Source: Pseudomonadota bacterium (GTDB taxonomy: Bacteria; UBA10199; 2-02-FULL-44-16; JAAZCA01). Taken from it: a stretch of 37,756 nt of DNA. Each line of letters starts with the position of its first letter. Position 1 is the first letter of the stretch. Shown piece by piece: positions 36,434-37,756 of this stretch. The translations under genes were made by a program, and so were the position numbers. Where the stretch lies: the NCBI GenBank assembly GCA_043822785.1, contig JBDRBN010000125.1:1-37756 (forward strand), in the 5' to 3' direction. The notes under the pieces were generated by a model that made no database searches, was not told where the DNA came from, and saw nothing but the letters and a program-made list of their open reading frames with translations.

Positions 36434-36576
36434 ATAAACTGCCTTTCAATAACCAGGGCACTTTAATCACCTCCCCGGTTCGATATGCTCTCATGCTAAT
36501 ATCCTATATTACCAAACGTCGGACTGTCAAGGAATAGCTTGATTTTTATCGCCTTTTGCTCCAAAAGAGGCCTCTT

Positions 36577-36996
36577 ATGAATCAAAAGCTTGGATCAATA
36601 TCTGTAGGAACCACTGCCAAAACCGATATATTGGATATCACAGATGATGCCTTGGCATTCGTGGCTAAATCCAAAATAAAAACAGGGCTTTTCACAGCCA
36701 CGGTTCCAGGATCAACCGCTTCCATCACCACCATTGAATACGAAAGCGGCGTGATAAGGGACTTAGAGCGCGCAATAGAGCGCCTGGTCCCCGGCGATAT
36801 GCATTATGATCATGATGCAAGGTGGGGTGATGGCAATGGCTACTCTCACGTGCGGGCAGCCCTTCTTAAGCCCTCTCTCTCCATTCCTATCGATGACGGC
36901 CAGATCATGCTGGGCACCTGGCAACAGATCGTTCTTTTGGATTTCGACAACAAACCCCGCAAACGCAAAGTGATCTTTCATGCAATTGGGGAATAG
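36577..36996 (+). CDS. yjbQ: YjbQ (UPF0047) family protein
   Basis: DITD, PGSTASITTIE, YDHD...DGNGYSHVRA, LGTWQQI..DFD. Confidence 0.92.
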   Translation: MNQKLGSISVGTTAKTDILDITDDALAFVAKSKIKTGLFTATVPGSTASITTIEYESGVIRDLERAIERLVPGDMHYDHDARWGDGNGYSHVRAALLKPSLSIPIDDGQIMLGTWQQIVLLDFDNKPRKRKVIFHAIGE

Positions 36997-37077
36997 CCAG
37001 GCTCTCAGGCATGTACAAATATTCTGCGGGGAGGGTCGATTCCCACGCTAGCGCCTCCTCCAGACTTGCTATGAAAG

Positions 37078-37213
37078 TGTTGCCCGAGATACTCCTCTCG
37101 CTTCGGCTCGTCGACTCAATCGCCGTCTCCTCGCCTGCTCACTCGGCGCCGTTTCATTAGAGGCTTAGATCACGACGCCTCCTGATGCCGCTCGAGGAGC
37201 ATCTCGGGCAACA
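37078..37213. other. Long-stem non-coding element
   Basis: TGTTGCCCGAGATACTCCTC / GAGGAGCATCTCGGGCAACA (19/20 complementary). Confidence 0.65.
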
Positions 37214-37337
37214 TTCTCGCAACACGTACTTCCCTCGTAAGTAAAAAACCCACCGCGTCGAGCCTGATGAACTAAAAATCACTACCCCAAGCTAATCAAG
37301 AGAAGTGTATTAGCGAACAGTTCGTATCTACGTTTAT

Positions 37338-37585
37338 GCAGGATTGGGTGGGTCGATTTGCGATATCGTGGAGAGAGCCGATTTTGTTCGGCGAATGTTT
37401 GCCGGTCGTGCCTTGCTAGAAGCCTTTATTGCACGACGCCGACGGATGTTTGAGCCCCGACGGAGCCAAACAATGTTAAAGACACGAAGGCGCAGTCGGG
37501 GCGAGTTCCGTCGGCGATGGCAAACTGAGTCCGTTACAAAATCGTGCGATCGCAGCGTCTAGCAAATCGATCCACCAGATCCTGC
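37338..37585. other. Highly structured non-coding element (nested inverted repeats)
   Basis: Outer stem 21/24 paired; inner stems GATTTTGT/ACAAAATC, GTTTGCC/GGCAAAC, GTCGTGC/GCACGAC, CGCCGACGGA/TCCGTCGGCG, GCCCCGAC/GTCGGGGC. Confidence 0.7.
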
Positions 37586-37618
37586 GCAGAGGATGGTAGT
37601 AATATGAGGAGTAAGAAA

Positions 37619-37756
37619 GTCATGTACCCCCGGCAGAGCCGGGGGCTTGAAAAACCGTGAACCGCTCAAAGCGGTTAAAACCTACCGAAACATATTCAGC
37701 TGATCGAGCCGTTGGTCTTCCTTTTCCTGATTCCTTATGTATTCGCGTACTGCGTT
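37619..37756 (-). mobile_element. Right end of an IS200/IS605-family insertion sequence
   Basis: tnpA 3' end followed by hairpins AACCGCT-caa-AGCGGTT (37660-37676) and CCCCCGGC-aga-GCCGGGGG (37627-37645); exact end approximate. Confidence 0.8.
37682..37756 (-). CDS. tnpA: C-terminal fragment of IS200/IS605-family Y1 transposase TnpA (runs off the window)
   Basis: Reverse strand reads NAVREYIRNQEKEDQRLDQLNMFR-stop, including the catalytic YxxxQ motif. Confidence 0.85.
   Translation of the reverse strand, partial: NAVREYIRNQEKEDQRLDQLNMFR

Noticed and set aside
37028..37046. GGGTCGATTCCC resembles a tRNA T-arm
   Set aside because: No acceptor stem, D-arm or anticodon arm can be built around it.

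Overview
Bacterial chromosomal segment, about 37 mostly housekeeping CDSs, with deltaproteobacterial-type gene order (inferred from synteny; taxon not determinable). It carries a GT2 glycosyltransferase, prmA-rsmE-glycerophosphodiesterase-RDD, a lytic transglycosylase, a transglutaminase-like lipoprotein, MerR-nifU-nifS, rplM-rpsI, pyrG, rpoN-hpf-ptsN-hprK-EIIA-ptsH-ptsI-metK, truA, asd, pssA-psd, DUF465 and yjbQ. It ends in the 3' tip of an IS200/IS605 tnpA that is missing from the ORF track. Main highlights: (1) A dense population of TGTCAT...ATGACA palindromic elements. Several are nested inside different MITE-like shells with target duplications, one shell occurs without its core, and one element is inserted in-frame in truA. 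(2) A locus of four orphan genes, two encoding very acidic RTX-like proteins, in two units each preceded by a sigma54-type promoter. (3) An apparent polyprotein with an internal MYXO-CTERM-like tag, a second signal peptide and an outer-membrane barrel. (4) The kdsA-kdsD-kdsC-lptCAB block usually found between pyrG and rpoN is absent. (5) Sigma28-like promoters, a pseudo-receiver protein, 9-nt short tandem repeats at gene junctions, and large structured non-coding elements near the right end. All calls come from reading the sequence; no searches were run.
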